Origin: a phage
Sequence record: PZ445431.1
Strand: one strand, 5' to 3'
Length of the DNA: 64,000 nucleotides
Positions 51,580 through 61,098 of the stretch are shown here, in pieces (the stretch's first letter is position 1; each line of letters starts with the position of its first letter). Under the pieces are notes generated by a model. That model had not been told where the DNA came from. It did no database searches and was given only the letters and a program-made list of their open reading frames with translations. The position numbers and the translations under genes are program-made.

Positions 51580-51920
51580 TGCGCCACCTTTCGAAACGCT
51601 GTTTCGATACTTTCAGCGGTTGATTGAATATACGCGCCTTTCATAATTAGACGCTCCGTACATACTTTGCGGAAAATGAAAATGAATTCATTTTCATTTT
51701 CCGCTATTAACGCTTCCCCCATAACCTGAACGTCACAAGACCCAAAAGTTAAAAATTGAAACGCTAGTTCACGGGCGACAACGGCAGAAATTTTATAATG
51801 TGCTTTGCCCTCATAGATATTAACCACGCCTTTATAAACAGGGGAAAGCTGATTTAAATAGTTTGCTAATAATGCCGGACGGCAATTAGTTACAAAGCGA
51901 TTGCCCTCATAAATAACCAT
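51576..51920 (-). CDS. hypothetical protein (114 aa)
   Basis: ORF in leftward gene string. Confidence 0.55.
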   Translation of the reverse strand: MVIYEGNRFVTNCRPALLANYLNQLSPVYKGVVNIYEGKAHYKISAVVARELAFQFLTFGSCDVQVMGEALIAENENEFIFIFRKVCTERLIMKGAYIQSTAESIETAFRKVAQ

Positions 51921-52026
51921 TAAATGATCCTCGCATCACGGATAACCATAATCACTAGCGTGATCAACATTGCAGCACTAGACACGCCACAAACAAAAGT
52001 TAGCATTTTAACAATTGCCCCTTCCA

Positions 52027-52239
52027 TTATAACACCCCACGAAAAGCAGCGTAAAAAGTAGCAAAGTGTTTAACCGTTTCGGCTATCAAATTGCCGCGCT
52101 TGTCAAATTTCTTTTCTGTAACACGGAAAGCGTTTTTGTTGCGTGCTACATATTCTATTTTACAATCTGGACGCTCGAAGGTGTTAACATCCACCAGCTT
52201 AAAACCTTTAGAACGGGCAAGGGAAACATTTTTTAACAT
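52027..52239 (-). CDS. hypothetical basic protein (70 aa)
   Basis: ORF in leftward gene string. Confidence 0.5.
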   Translation of the reverse strand: MLKNVSLARSKGFKLVDVNTFERPDCKIEYVARNKNAFRVTEKKFDKRGNLIAETVKHFATFYAAFRGVL

Positions 52240-52245
52240 TTTTAT

Positions 52246-52395
52246 TCCCCTTTACCAGTCATACAGCCCAACAAGTAAGAAAACCCCGCGATACCTGCTC
52301 CAATAATAACCACGTGAACGCCGAAAGCTATTACAAACAGCGATAAAATAGCGCCCAAGATACTAGCCAGAATAGATCGAAAAATAACCATTTTA
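52246..52395 (-). CDS. possible small membrane protein (49 aa)
   Basis: Minus-strand ATG at 52395 followed by two hydrophobic segments; not in track. Confidence 0.35.
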
Positions 52396-52437
52396 TTAGC
52401 TCCTAGAAATTAGGGGATAATATATCCCCTTTAATAA

Positions 52438-52665
52438 TTACATTAAAACAATTTTTACCGCTTGCTTTTTGGTGCAGTGGTTAGTTTTCAATTCATCCAA
52501 CAAAAAGCCCGCCGTTTGCTGGTCAATCTTGTCATTGTCATAAAGTTCCTGAATGGTAACATAAGTTTTACCTATGCCGAACTCAGAAACCATAACGCTG
52601 ACAATAGCGGGAACGGATACCCATTCCATACCGTTAAAAATTGCAGAAGATGATGAATGTACCAT
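52438..52665 (-). CDS. hypothetical protein (75 aa)
   Basis: ORF in leftward gene string. Confidence 0.5.
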   Translation of the reverse strand: MVHSSSSAIFNGMEWVSVPAIVSVMVSEFGIGKTYVTIQELYDNDKIDQQTAGFLLDELKTNHCTKKQAVKIVLM

Positions 52666-52772
52666 TTTAACGCCTCCTAGAAATCAGGGAAAATTTTCAA
52701 TCCACCGTTTCGGTGTAAAGGCATTATAACAAAAAAGGCCACCATAATAGGCGACCTTTACAAAACTTTACA

Positions 52773-53294
52773 TTAGACTATTTCTAATGCTTCCACACCG
52801 AAACAGCGTTTTAGTTCTTTCTGTAAAACTGCATATTCATCCCAACGGGAATTATCAGGAATATAAACAAGCTGTTTTAATCGATTTGCATATAATAACG
52901 CCTTGTTACCAATTATTTCCGCGCCACCGTGTTTAATAATTAGTTTCATAACGGTATTAATAGGATCGCCGCCATTTACATAAGTACCGGACTTACTCAA
53001 TTGATAATGATAAATACTCGCATATACATTATCATTTTCAATCCATTCCCCTGTTTCTTCATCTTCTTCCCCATCGCTACCGAAACGAGAAGCATTATCA
53101 TATGCGTGTTCGTTTGCGAAAGCGTCCAGATCACAGCCAGCGGGAACAAAATGTTCCTCCGTCCAGCCCTCCCCGCAATAGCCAGTATGACAATCAACTA
53201 AAACGATCATATCGTGCTTAGCTTCATTCACACTTTCTAGTGAAAATCCATACTTGCAAACACTATCACGCTCAATAATTAATTTACTAAACAT
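52773..53294 (-). CDS. hypothetical acidic protein (173 aa)
   Basis: Cys/His cluster (CHTGYCGEGW...GC) followed by strongly acidic tract GSDGEEDEETGEWIEND. Confidence 0.6.
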   Translation of the reverse strand: MFSKLIIERDSVCKYGFSLESVNEAKHDMIVLVDCHTGYCGEGWTEEHFVPAGCDLDAFANEHAYDNASRFGSDGEEDEETGEWIENDNVYASIYHYQLSKSGTYVNGGDPINTVMKLIIKHGGAEIIGNKALLYANRLKQLVYIPDNSRWDEYAVLQKELKRCFGVEALEIV

Positions 53295-53347
53295 AATTAG
53301 TCTCCTAACTAAAAGGGAAAGCGGGGATTATTCCCCACTAGTAATTA

Positions 53348-54343
53348 TTATTCACTTTCGGTGTTAGTGGTAAAGGTAGAAATGTCAATACCTTTTACCA
53401 TTTCGTCGATCATTTCAGCAATATTGAAACTCTGTACCATTTCCAACATTGCCGCTTCCATTGCCGCGCCTGCTACCGCTTTCGCTTTCTGATTAGTCGG
53501 GGCGTACTGGTCAACTGCTACGCTTAACAGGTTAGCGATCACTATACGACCAATCGGCGTATCGATATAACCTTTAATCATAAACGGCGCTTTTTTCGCC
53601 GCTACTTTCGTGATTTGAGTTAATGCAATTTTACCCGCTTCCAGTTTTGCAGCATTTACAACAGCGGATTTATTAGCAGCAACGATAGAAGATACTTTAG
53701 TCATGATATTTCCTTTATTTTCAGTAGTTTGCGCATTTGCGCTTGAAGTTTGAGAGTTTACAGCCTGTTTTGCTACGTTGTCAACTGGTTTTAGTGTAAA
53801 TCCAGCGTTTGCAACGTTTGATTCATTCCCATACTCTAAATAATCGTTAGGGATCAACATGTTACCGCTAGCGCGTTCAAAACACAATACGCCAGTTGTT
53901 TCGATTGCGTCACTATCCGCACGTTTAATGGCGCTTGTCAATTCGCCCCAAATGCTAGACAGTAAATCTTCTACATCTCTGGAATTAATACCATTTACGC
54001 GAGTAGCGAAAACCATTTCTTTTTCTTGTACATTGTAACCACGGGCAATATAGCTTTTTTCGTCGTGACCTACAATGATAAAATCAATATCGCTTCCCCG
54101 CTGATTTCGTATGATGTGATAGTCACGGTTGTAAAGCACTAGAACGCGGCTAGGGTCTAGTAATAGCGTGAAATCATCGACTGAATAATGAGTATCATTA
54201 TTATCTAAAATATCATCGTGAATCTTTTCAACCATTGCCACCGTATGTTGTAGGCTTGCTGGACTTGATCCGTCTAGCAGGTTGCGCAAAATACCCTTAA
54301 TAATAGTGGCGTTTGCTGGTACTGCAATTCTTACAGTAGACAT
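53348..54343 (-). CDS. hypothetical protein (331 aa), first gene of leftward pre-early operon
   Basis: Longest ORF of the block; GGAGAC RBS; Ala/Lys-rich C-terminal half. Confidence 0.6.
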   Translation of the reverse strand: MSTVRIAVPANATIIKGILRNLLDGSSPASLQHTVAMVEKIHDDILDNNDTHYSVDDFTLLLDPSRVLVLYNRDYHIIRNQRGSDIDFIIVGHDEKSYIARGYNVQEKEMVFATRVNGINSRDVEDLLSSIWGELTSAIKRADSDAIETTGVLCFERASGNMLIPNDYLEYGNESNVANAGFTLKPVDNVAKQAVNSQTSSANAQTTENKGNIMTKVSSIVAANKSAVVNAAKLEAGKIALTQITKVAAKKAPFMIKGYIDTPIGRIVIANLLSVAVDQYAPTNQKAKAVAGAAMEAAMLEMVQSFNIAEMIDEMVKGIDISTFTTNTESE

Positions 54344-54592
54344 TTCTTTGTCTCCCTCGTTAATCGGTGAGTGAATGATATAGATAATTGTTCGCTATGG
54401 GCAAGAAAAAAGAAAAGGTTTTTTATTCCTTGCCTAACGCTTGTTTTTATGATACCCGCGTGTTTTCTATTTCTAGCTCTCTGTAAGCGTACACAAGGCT
54501 TTATTATAATAAGGGTAGCAGTGAGAAAACGCCGTGTAGCGTGTTCTAGACCTCTTAAATTTGATTGCGGTTGTTACTGCTACCATTCTACC

Positions 54593-54639
54593 CTGTATAT
54601 TTATACAGTAGGATAACCTGTATATAAGTCTGTGGATAA
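54593..54639. repeat. right arm of about 47 bp inverted repeat (partner 50848-50894), containing a DnaA box
   Basis: CTGTATATTTATACAGTAGGATAACCTGTATATAAGTCTGTGGATAA. Confidence 0.8.
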
Positions 54640-54688
54640 GTCGCCAAATCGTCGCCTATTACGTCAAGTTATTTTGTGCTGTGGATAA
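54631..54688 (-). promoter_or_regulatory. two perfect DnaA boxes (TGTGGATAA on + strand = TTATCCACA on - strand)
   Basis: TGTGGATAA at 54631-54639 and 54680-54688; partial boxes at about 54611 and 54965. Confidence 0.8.
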
Positions 54689-55018
54689 CTTTGGGGATAA
54701 GTTAAATGATAGTGGTTCTCACTTAGCCCGATAGTTTCTCATAGTTATTATTTCTCTTTAATTTATAAGTATATTATATAATATGAAATAGTTAGTTGGC
54801 TAATAGGTTTTTAGAGTATTAATAGTCTGCTAATAATAACGCATGTTACAATCCACCAGCGTGATTATCATCCTAGCGACTATTAGCGTGCTAATGACCT
54901 GATACACGTCCAGACTTATTTGTCAATGAAAAATAATAGCAGAAAATACTTTTTTGAAAAATCAAGTGGATAACTCATTAAATTTCATTTTTGCTTTTTG
55001 TATAAGTTATTAACAGGG

Positions 55019-55050
55019 TCTAAAACGCTCTGTAACGCATTCTAAGCGCC
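55019..55050. repeat. direct repeat copy 2 (TCTAAAACGCTCTGTAACGCATTCTAAGCGCC)
   Basis: Matches 50927-50957 in the same orientation. Confidence 0.8.
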
Positions 55051-55351
55051 TCAAAGGAAAAGATAGGCAATCATAAGGAGTACACCGAGAAAACCTCACC
55101 ACTAGCGAAATAAGTTTTGTCAAGTACCCCAAAGCAGATATAAATGAAAAAATTACTTGCTAAAATGGTTGTTTTGATGTTATTCGCGCGCCCGTTTCAT
55201 TTAATTTTAGGCAGTCGCTGGACGTGGTGCGGTGGCGTTTGTCCTTACGTTTCTTTACAAAAATAAGGTTGCGCCCTTCTCGGTATTCTCCTATTATTTA
55301 TCACGTAGGGCGGCAATGACGAACTACACGGCGGAGAAGTTTACCACCGCG

Positions 55352-55388
55352 CTCTTTAAAAACTAGGGAACATCTTAAAGCCTATCGG
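55352..55388. repeat. left arm of 37 bp near-perfect inverted repeat
   Basis: CTCTTTAAAAACTAGGGAACATCTTAAAGCCTATCGG; reverse complement matches 55795-55831 at 36/37. Confidence 0.9.
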
Positions 55389-55421
55389 CGGTAAACTTAT
55401 ATAATATAAGGAATCGACGAT

Positions 55422-55580
55422 ATGACAACAATATTTAACGATCATCCAGCTACCCACGACACGATCGAAAAAATCGAACAATGGGTAAAGACTGCAAATG
55501 AATACTATGCTAATCATTCGGAAGCGGTAATAATCTGCAATGATGGGAATGGTTTATATGCTTTGGAGGATCTCAAATGA
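55422..55580 (+). CDS. hypothetical small protein (52 aa) inside the IR-flanked cassette
   Basis: ATG after TATATAATATAAGGAATCGACGAT; ATGA-coupled to the next ORF; not in track. Confidence 0.45.
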   Translation: MTTIFNDHPATHDTIEKIEQWVKTANEYYANHSEAVIICNDGNGLYALEDLK

Positions 55581-55786
55581 AACAAACGCTTTTGATCACT
55601 GGCAAGCCTATCAAGTCACTTGATAGCAGAACAAAAAATTTGTTGATAGTAGCGCAAAAATCGGTAAAATACCGATTCAAGCAGTACAAGAAAGGAAGGC
55701 AGCAAGGTCTGGAAATGGTGTGGCGTAATATAATGATTGATTTATATAACTCCCATCAAATCGAAAAAAGTTTAAAAAACGCTTGA
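55577..55786 (+). CDS. hypothetical basic protein (69 aa) inside the IR-flanked cassette
   Basis: ORF track; Lys/Arg-rich. Confidence 0.5.
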   Translation: MKQTLLITGKPIKSLDSRTKNLLIVAQKSVKYRFKQYKKGRQQGLEMVWRNIMIDLYNSHQIEKSLKNA

Positions 55787-55794
55787 TACGCTAG

Positions 55795-55831
55795 CCGATA
55801 GGTTTTAAGATGTTCCCTAGTTTTTAAAGAG
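55795..55831. repeat. right arm of 37 bp near-perfect inverted repeat
   Basis: CCGATAGGTTTTAAGATGTTCCCTAGTTTTTAAAGAG. Confidence 0.9.
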
Positions 55832-56017
55832 CGATAACTTGATAAAATTTGACGGTCGGCACTTACCATAATGTGCCCCGCCCCCTAACTGGGATATAGC
55901 GGCCCGCGTGGAGTTCTTTAAATTTATTATACTGGCGAGCGGATTATAATCTAATAGCGTTTCAACGTATCGAGGCGCTATTGTGGAATAATCCCCCAAT
56001 AAACCGGAGTATTAAAA

Positions 56018-56269
56018 ATGCAAAACGTTATTACCGCGCCGAAAGTAGGTCAATCTGTTTTCATTCCTTTTGTAACTAAAACGGATGAATTAACCGGAAA
56101 AGCCGAACGTATTAAAGGTGTGGCGCTTGATCCTTTCGATAAAATCGAAGCGGTATACGCGGAAACGGAACGGAGTAACAACGGCAAGCCAATTTATAAC
56201 GTTCGCGTTAAATCCGGCGACGTTGTAAAGATCATTCAGAAAGATGATAAATGGCAAGCTATTAGCTAA
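56018..56269 (+). CDS. hypothetical protein (83 aa)
   Basis: ORF with GGAG RBS. Confidence 0.55.
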   Translation: MQNVITAPKVGQSVFIPFVTKTDELTGKAERIKGVALDPFDKIEAVYAETERSNNGKPIYNVRVKSGDVVKIIQKDDKWQAIS

Positions 56270-56368
56270 TTAGTGCTAACTTTATATTCCCCTGAAATAT
56301 GGGGAATATATGGATTAACATTAGTTAATCATAATCCCTTAATTAATAATTGAATGGAGTATTAAATT

Positions 56369-56785
56369 ATGTCTAACGTTAAAACCGAAAAAGCCGCAAA
56401 ATTCGCATGGAATGAAGAAAACACTGAAAAAGCCGTTTCTATGTATTCTGAAATGGTCGCTAAAAGCGGAATTGAATTTGCTAACACTGACGGCTTAAAA
56501 GAAATCGCCGCCGCCGTTGGCGCGGCTTCTCCCGTGTCTGTTCGCTCAAAATTGACCAGCGCAAAAGCCTACCAGAAAAGCGATAAACCTCGCAAAGTTG
56601 GCGGTGGTAGCTCAATCCGTAAAGCTCACTATGTGCGCGTCATTGCTAAACATGCCATTGATAGCGGCATTGTAAAAGACGCCGACGATCTGGCAAGTCT
56701 GGAAAGCGCAAAATTGGAAACGCTGGACGCCGTAGCGCAATTGTTAGGCGTAGCGGAGGAAGTAAAACAGGCCGCAGGCGAATAA
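56369..56785 (+). CDS. hypothetical protein (138 aa)
   Basis: ORF with GGAG RBS. Confidence 0.55.
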   Translation: MSNVKTEKAAKFAWNEENTEKAVSMYSEMVAKSGIEFANTDGLKEIAAAVGAASPVSVRSKLTSAKAYQKSDKPRKVGGGSSIRKAHYVRVIAKHAIDSGIVKDADDLASLESAKLETLDAVAQLLGVAEEVKQAAGE

Positions 56786-56834
56786 ATTTAATCAGTGGGG
56801 AATAATCCCCACTATCCCTTAAAGGAGAATAATT

Positions 56835-57059
56835 TTGATCTTTTATCCTAGCGAAGCGTTTATTTTGGGCTTATTTATAGTTGCCGCCGCTTTTATTCTG
56901 AATTATACGCGGTCAATTCTGGCAATAATCGGAATTAATAACGTTTACGCCGCAAATAATTTCCGCAAAAACGCGAATATTCAAAAATATATGTCAATCA
57001 TCTTTCTTACAATTGGCATTGTATTTGGCTTTTGTTCTAGTTTAACGCCGATTAATTAA
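56835..57059 (+). CDS. hypothetical membrane protein (74 aa)
   Basis: Two hydrophobic helices; AAGGAGAA RBS. Confidence 0.5.
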   Translation: MIFYPSEAFILGLFIVAAAFILNYTRSILAIIGINNVYAANNFRKNANIQKYMSIIFLTIGIVFGFCSSLTPIN

Positions 57060-57171
57060 ATGTTGCAAATTATAACGCCTTTAAAAGTCCTCACTTCAGG
57101 CAAGGCGTTATATTTGGCAATATTGCCAGCTTTAAAATGTTTTAAATCCCTTTAATGGAGTTACTTAACTT

Positions 57172-58836
57172 ATGAATATTTCCGCAGAAAAACAGTCTCA
57201 GATCAATAAACTTGCCGCCGACTTTAATTTCTACGGTAAGCGTTTACGCGCTACCAAACTTGAAGTTTGCGACGATATTTCAAAAGCTGTATATGATACG
57301 CCGAAACATTCAACGGCAATTTGTGACTGGTTGGAAGCAAATAAGCCAGCGAAACCGAAGGCAGCGAAAGCTGTAAAAGCCATTAAAAACGATGATCGCC
57401 CCGAAGCGGCGGGGATCGTTTCTAGCACGGTTGAGCAATGGGAAGTTAAATCCGGTCGCCGTTTTATTCTAACGTCGATTCAAAATAATACTTTCCCGCA
57501 CAAAAACTTTTTGAAAGCGCTTGAGCAATACGCTAGTTATTATGGCGCTGAATTGCTTGTTAGCAAATTCATTTACAACAAAAACGGATTTCAGAATGGG
57601 GAAGGCGGCGAAAAAATCAAATATGATCCCGCATTTGATAAATATATTTGTGAGAAAAACGTATTTTTAAATAATCGCCGCTTTGCTTTCATGGCTGAAA
57701 TTAACGTATTACCAACGGCAGATTATCCGCTTTCAGGATTCGCAGAAACTGCCACCGCTTTAAATATTGAAGGTCTGGCAATTGGTCACGCAAAAATTAC
57801 CGCTGAAAGTGTGCCAGCGTTAAAAGGTGAAGTAGTGCGCCGTATGTACTCCACCGGAACGGCTACGCTTAAAAACTACATTCAGCAGAAAGCAGGTCAA
57901 AAAGCTGAGGCGCTGCATAATTACGGCGCTTTGCTGGTAGAATTTGACGACGACGGCGAATTTTTTGTTCGCCAGCTTGAGACAATGGATGAAAGCGGGA
58001 TGTTTTATGATTTGAATATTTGCGCTATACCAACCGGATGTTTCAAAACATCTGATCATGTTTTAGGTTTGCAATATGGCGATATTCACGCCGAAAAATT
58101 AGATGATGATTGCGCTGTTGCATCATGGGTGGGCGAAAATAGCTTGCTTGATATTCTTAAACCAAAATATCAGTTTATCCATGATGTGCATGATTTTACA
58201 TCGCGTAACCATCATAATCGCGCCTCTGGTGTATTCCTAGCTAAACAGTACGCCGCCGGACGTGATAAAGTTATTGATGATCTTATCGATACTGGACGTG
58301 TATTAGAATCAATGGAGCGCGATTTTTCTCAAACAATCATCGTGGAATCCAATCATGATTTGGCGTTATCCCGTTGGCTTGACGATCGCAACGCTAATAT
58401 TAAAGACGATCCCGCAAACGCCGAACTGTATCACAGCCTAAACGCCGCTATTTATGCAGCTATTGCAAAACAAGATGATACCTTTAACGTATTGGATTAC
58501 GCGCTTAGAAACGTTGCAGGTTGCGAATTTAACGCTATTTTTCTGACTACTGACCAATCTTTCAAGATTGCAGGAATTGAATGCGGCGTACACGGTCACA
58601 ATGGCATTAACGGCAGTCGGGGCAATCCTAAGCAGTTTAAGAAACTTGGACGCCTCAACACTGGCCATACTCACACGGCGAGCATTTACGGTGGCGTGTA
58701 TACCGCTGGCGTTGCTGGTAGTCTCGATATGGGTTACAACGTGGGCGCGTCAAGCTGGACGCAAACGCATTTAATTACCTATGCAAACGGGCAACGTACT
58801 TTGATTGATTTCAAAAACGGTAAATTCTTTGCATAG
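57172..58836 (+). CDS. A1: A1-like pre-early protein (metallophosphoesterase-type)
   Basis: 554 aa with GDIHAE, ESNHD, GVHGHNG, NTGHTHT phosphoesterase-like motifs; size and position next to a dmp-like gene match T5 A1. Confidence 0.6.
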   Translation: MNISAEKQSQINKLAADFNFYGKRLRATKLEVCDDISKAVYDTPKHSTAICDWLEANKPAKPKAAKAVKAIKNDDRPEAAGIVSSTVEQWEVKSGRRFILTSIQNNTFPHKNFLKALEQYASYYGAELLVSKFIYNKNGFQNGEGGEKIKYDPAFDKYICEKNVFLNNRRFAFMAEINVLPTADYPLSGFAETATALNIEGLAIGHAKITAESVPALKGEVVRRMYSTGTATLKNYIQQKAGQKAEALHNYGALLVEFDDDGEFFVRQLETMDESGMFYDLNICAIPTGCFKTSDHVLGLQYGDIHAEKLDDDCAVASWVGENSLLDILKPKYQFIHDVHDFTSRNHHNRASGVFLAKQYAAGRDKVIDDLIDTGRVLESMERDFSQTIIVESNHDLALSRWLDDRNANIKDDPANAELYHSLNAAIYAAIAKQDDTFNVLDYALRNVAGCEFNAIFLTTDQSFKIAGIECGVHGHNGINGSRGNPKQFKKLGRLNTGHTHTASIYGGVYTAGVAGSLDMGYNVGASSWTQTHLITYANGQRTLIDFKNGKFFA

Positions 58837-58888
58837 TTAAATTTAATCGGCGGTTGAAATATACCGCCATTAATAAAAGGTTTATTAA

Positions 58889-59146
58889 ATGAATATTGTA
58901 TTACCTAAAACGCTGGATAAAAAGCAGTATATAACGCCGGATGATATGGAGTGCGGCAAGGTATACCAATTCGATTATATGTTGGCTAGTCCGACAAATA
59001 CAGGTTGTATTATTGCAGTTGATACCCGCGATAATGACGTATTAACGTTTAATGATTATTCTGACTTTATGGAATGGTTAGATGATCAAAGTATCACTAA
59101 TAATGGCGAATTAACGCCCTATCAATTAACGCTCACAATTAAATAG
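58889..59146 (+). CDS. hypothetical acidic protein (85 aa)
   Basis: ORF track. Confidence 0.5.
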   Translation: MNIVLPKTLDKKQYITPDDMECGKVYQFDYMLASPTNTGCIIAVDTRDNDVLTFNDYSDFMEWLDDQSITNNGELTPYQLTLTIK

Positions 59147-59184
59147 TTTAATCCCGTAAATATAAATAATCAGGAGTTATAAAC

Positions 59185-59577
59185 ATGAAACAACAAAATA
59201 TTCCTTTTGACGCTGCAAAATCTTCCATCGTTCTAGTTTATTCTAATGGTGAACGTTATCACGTCGAGGCGGGGCAAGTTAATTTTGATTTGCTGAATTA
59301 TAACGACGCTTTGCAGGTTACTACCTTTGCTTATGATACCGGCAAAGTGGCAAGCCATACGAAAGCAAAAGGCGTTTACGCTGATACTTTGACAGTGCAA
59401 ACAATTATTATTGATGCGCTTAAATCCGGTCTAGCGTTTGCAGTTGTTAAGCCGTGTCCGGTCTGCAATCCAGAAGCTAGCGCGATGGTTTACATTTGCG
59501 CGGGAATCCGTTCTAGTGTATCCGGTGAAGATCTTAGCTTTATTGGTGACGCGCTAGCGTACGGCCTCACTAATTAA
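59185..59577 (+). CDS. hypothetical pre-early protein (130 aa), possible A2 counterpart
   Basis: Position downstream of A1 and size; no motif-level support. Confidence 0.3.
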   Translation: MKQQNIPFDAAKSSIVLVYSNGERYHVEAGQVNFDLLNYNDALQVTTFAYDTGKVASHTKAKGVYADTLTVQTIIIDALKSGLAFAVVKPCPVCNPEASAMVYICAGIRSSVSGEDLSFIGDALAYGLTN

Positions 59578-59665
59578 TAGTTAATTGAACATTGCCAGCT
59601 AATCTAATATAATTAGCTGGCAAGATTGAATTAACCCTAAACCCCTTAAATGGAGAATGTAGCAA

Positions 59666-60400
59666 ATGAATCAAGTTAATATGAATATTACCCGCGCTTT
59701 CCCGCATATTTCCCGCGTTATGATTTGGGATTTAGACGGGACAATCATTAATTCAATGCACCGTGTAGCGCCTTGTTTTGATGATAACGGAAATTTAAAT
59801 TTAAATAAGTATTCCCGCGAAGCCTGCAAACATGATTTAATTATGCAGGATTCTTTATTGCCGTTGGTTGAATATATGCGCCAATGTATGAATGATGCAA
59901 ATACTTTAAATATTATTTGTACCGCGCGCCTTATGTCTAAAAGCGATTACTTTTATTTGCGTAAACAAGGCTTGCGAGGGCGCGGAAATAGCAATATCCG
60001 CGTATTCTCCCGCGATACATTACACAAATACTTTGAAGCGGATAAGGTTAGCGAAATATACCACAGCAAAGACGCTGTATACAAAAGCTATTACTTTGAA
60101 CTATTTAAACAGCTATATCCGAACGCTGATTTTACGATGATTGATGATCATAAAGGCGTATTATCGGCGGCGGCAAGTGCTGGATTTAAAACGTTGGATG
60201 CTCAAGCCGTTAACGATATCCTATCAATCGGCGTAACATTGATCGGTGAAACCTTTATTGATGAATCGCTTGATGATGATAACGATTATCAATTCCTAGC
60301 CGAACGTTTAAAAATGTGTTGGGAAGGTATGACCGAGGAAGAACGCGCGGAATATAGTACCACTCCGCAACAATTCATTGATAAATTAAAAGTTGCCTAA
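59666..60400 (+). CDS. dmp: 5'-deoxyribonucleotidase (HAD-superfamily phosphatase), Dmp-like
   Basis: 244 aa with HAD motif I MIWDLDGTIIN; size and position match T5 dmp. Confidence 0.65.
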   Translation: MNQVNMNITRAFPHISRVMIWDLDGTIINSMHRVAPCFDDNGNLNLNKYSREACKHDLIMQDSLLPLVEYMRQCMNDANTLNIICTARLMSKSDYFYLRKQGLRGRGNSNIRVFSRDTLHKYFEADKVSEIYHSKDAVYKSYYFELFKQLYPNADFTMIDDHKGVLSAAASAGFKTLDAQAVNDILSIGVTLIGETFIDESLDDDNDYQFLAERLKMCWEGMTEEERAEYSTTPQQFIDKLKVA

Positions 60401-60415
60401 CAATTAAAAATAAAA

Positions 60416-60450
60416 TAGTCACACTGTGTAATGATAACATGGTGTGACTA
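60416..60450 (+). other. strong hairpin (9 bp stem) immediately after the dmp-like gene
   Basis: TAGTCACAC ... GTGTGACTA with 17 nt loop; no T tract. Confidence 0.5.
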
Positions 60451-60563
60451 TTAGCTTGCTAAGTACCGGGGCGGTAATGAGACTCATTCTCATCTAGGGA
60501 ACCTCTGGGCACACCTTCATGTGTAATCTTATGAGATTTCGAGAATTGGTAATTAGCGCTAAC

Positions 60564-60809
60564 TTAGGAGGAACACCGGTCTACCGGCTTGTATCCTGAT
60601 TCTGACATACGAAATCTCCTCCGCGATGCCCGAGATCCATCCGACCACTCTCGCTCAAACTCCTCCCGTTTCTCCGCAAACTTCCGCTCCCTTTCCGAAA
60701 GCTCCCGCGATACTCCCGCAATATATTCACGATGCTTATTAATCGCCCCGAGTGTTCCGAAGATTCCCGCAAGCACCCCGATAATGAAGATAGCCACAAA
60801 ACTAAACAT
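60564..60809 (-). CDS. hypothetical membrane-anchored protein (81 aa)
   Basis: N-terminal TM helix then Arg/Glu-rich tail. Confidence 0.45.
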   Translation of the reverse strand: MFSFVAIFIIGVLAGIFGTLGAINKHREYIAGVSRELSERERKFAEKREEFEREWSDGSRASRRRFRMSESGYKPVDRCSS

Positions 60810-60912
60810 TACTTGTCTCCCCGCAGCTTACGTTCGATACGAGCTAAGTGGTTATCTAAGATGCACTGTCCGATAATTACCACAACTAGTAAAGCAATAA
60901 TTACTACTTCCA

Positions 60913-61098
60913 TTATAACCACCCCGCCATAGCTGCTAACCAAAAGAGTACAAAGATAAAGAATAACACAGTCCCGAATCCGAAACTATTTATCCAACTT
61001 TCGTACACTTCCCCGCGTCTGTTCTTTCTTCTGTTGTCGTCTGACATCTCTTTGCTTCTCCTGTAGTCTTGGTATTTGGAATACCCTAGCAATTGCAC
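60913..61098 (-). CDS. hypothetical tail-anchored membrane protein (61 aa)
   Basis: C-terminal TM helix; overlapping alternative ORF 60986..61177 not chosen. Confidence 0.35.
   Translation of the reverse strand: MQLLGYSKYQDYRRSKEMSDDNRRKNRRGEVYESWINSFGFGTVLFFIFVLFWLAAMAGWL

Noticed and set aside
53001-53201. Overlapping + and - 66 aa ORFs inside 52773..53294
   Set aside because: Embedded in a longer minus-strand gene; low-complexity translations.
60564-60876. Plus-strand ORFs 60589..60876 and 60732..60932
   Set aside because: Antisense to the minus-strand membrane ORFs; Ser/Arg-rich low-complexity translations.
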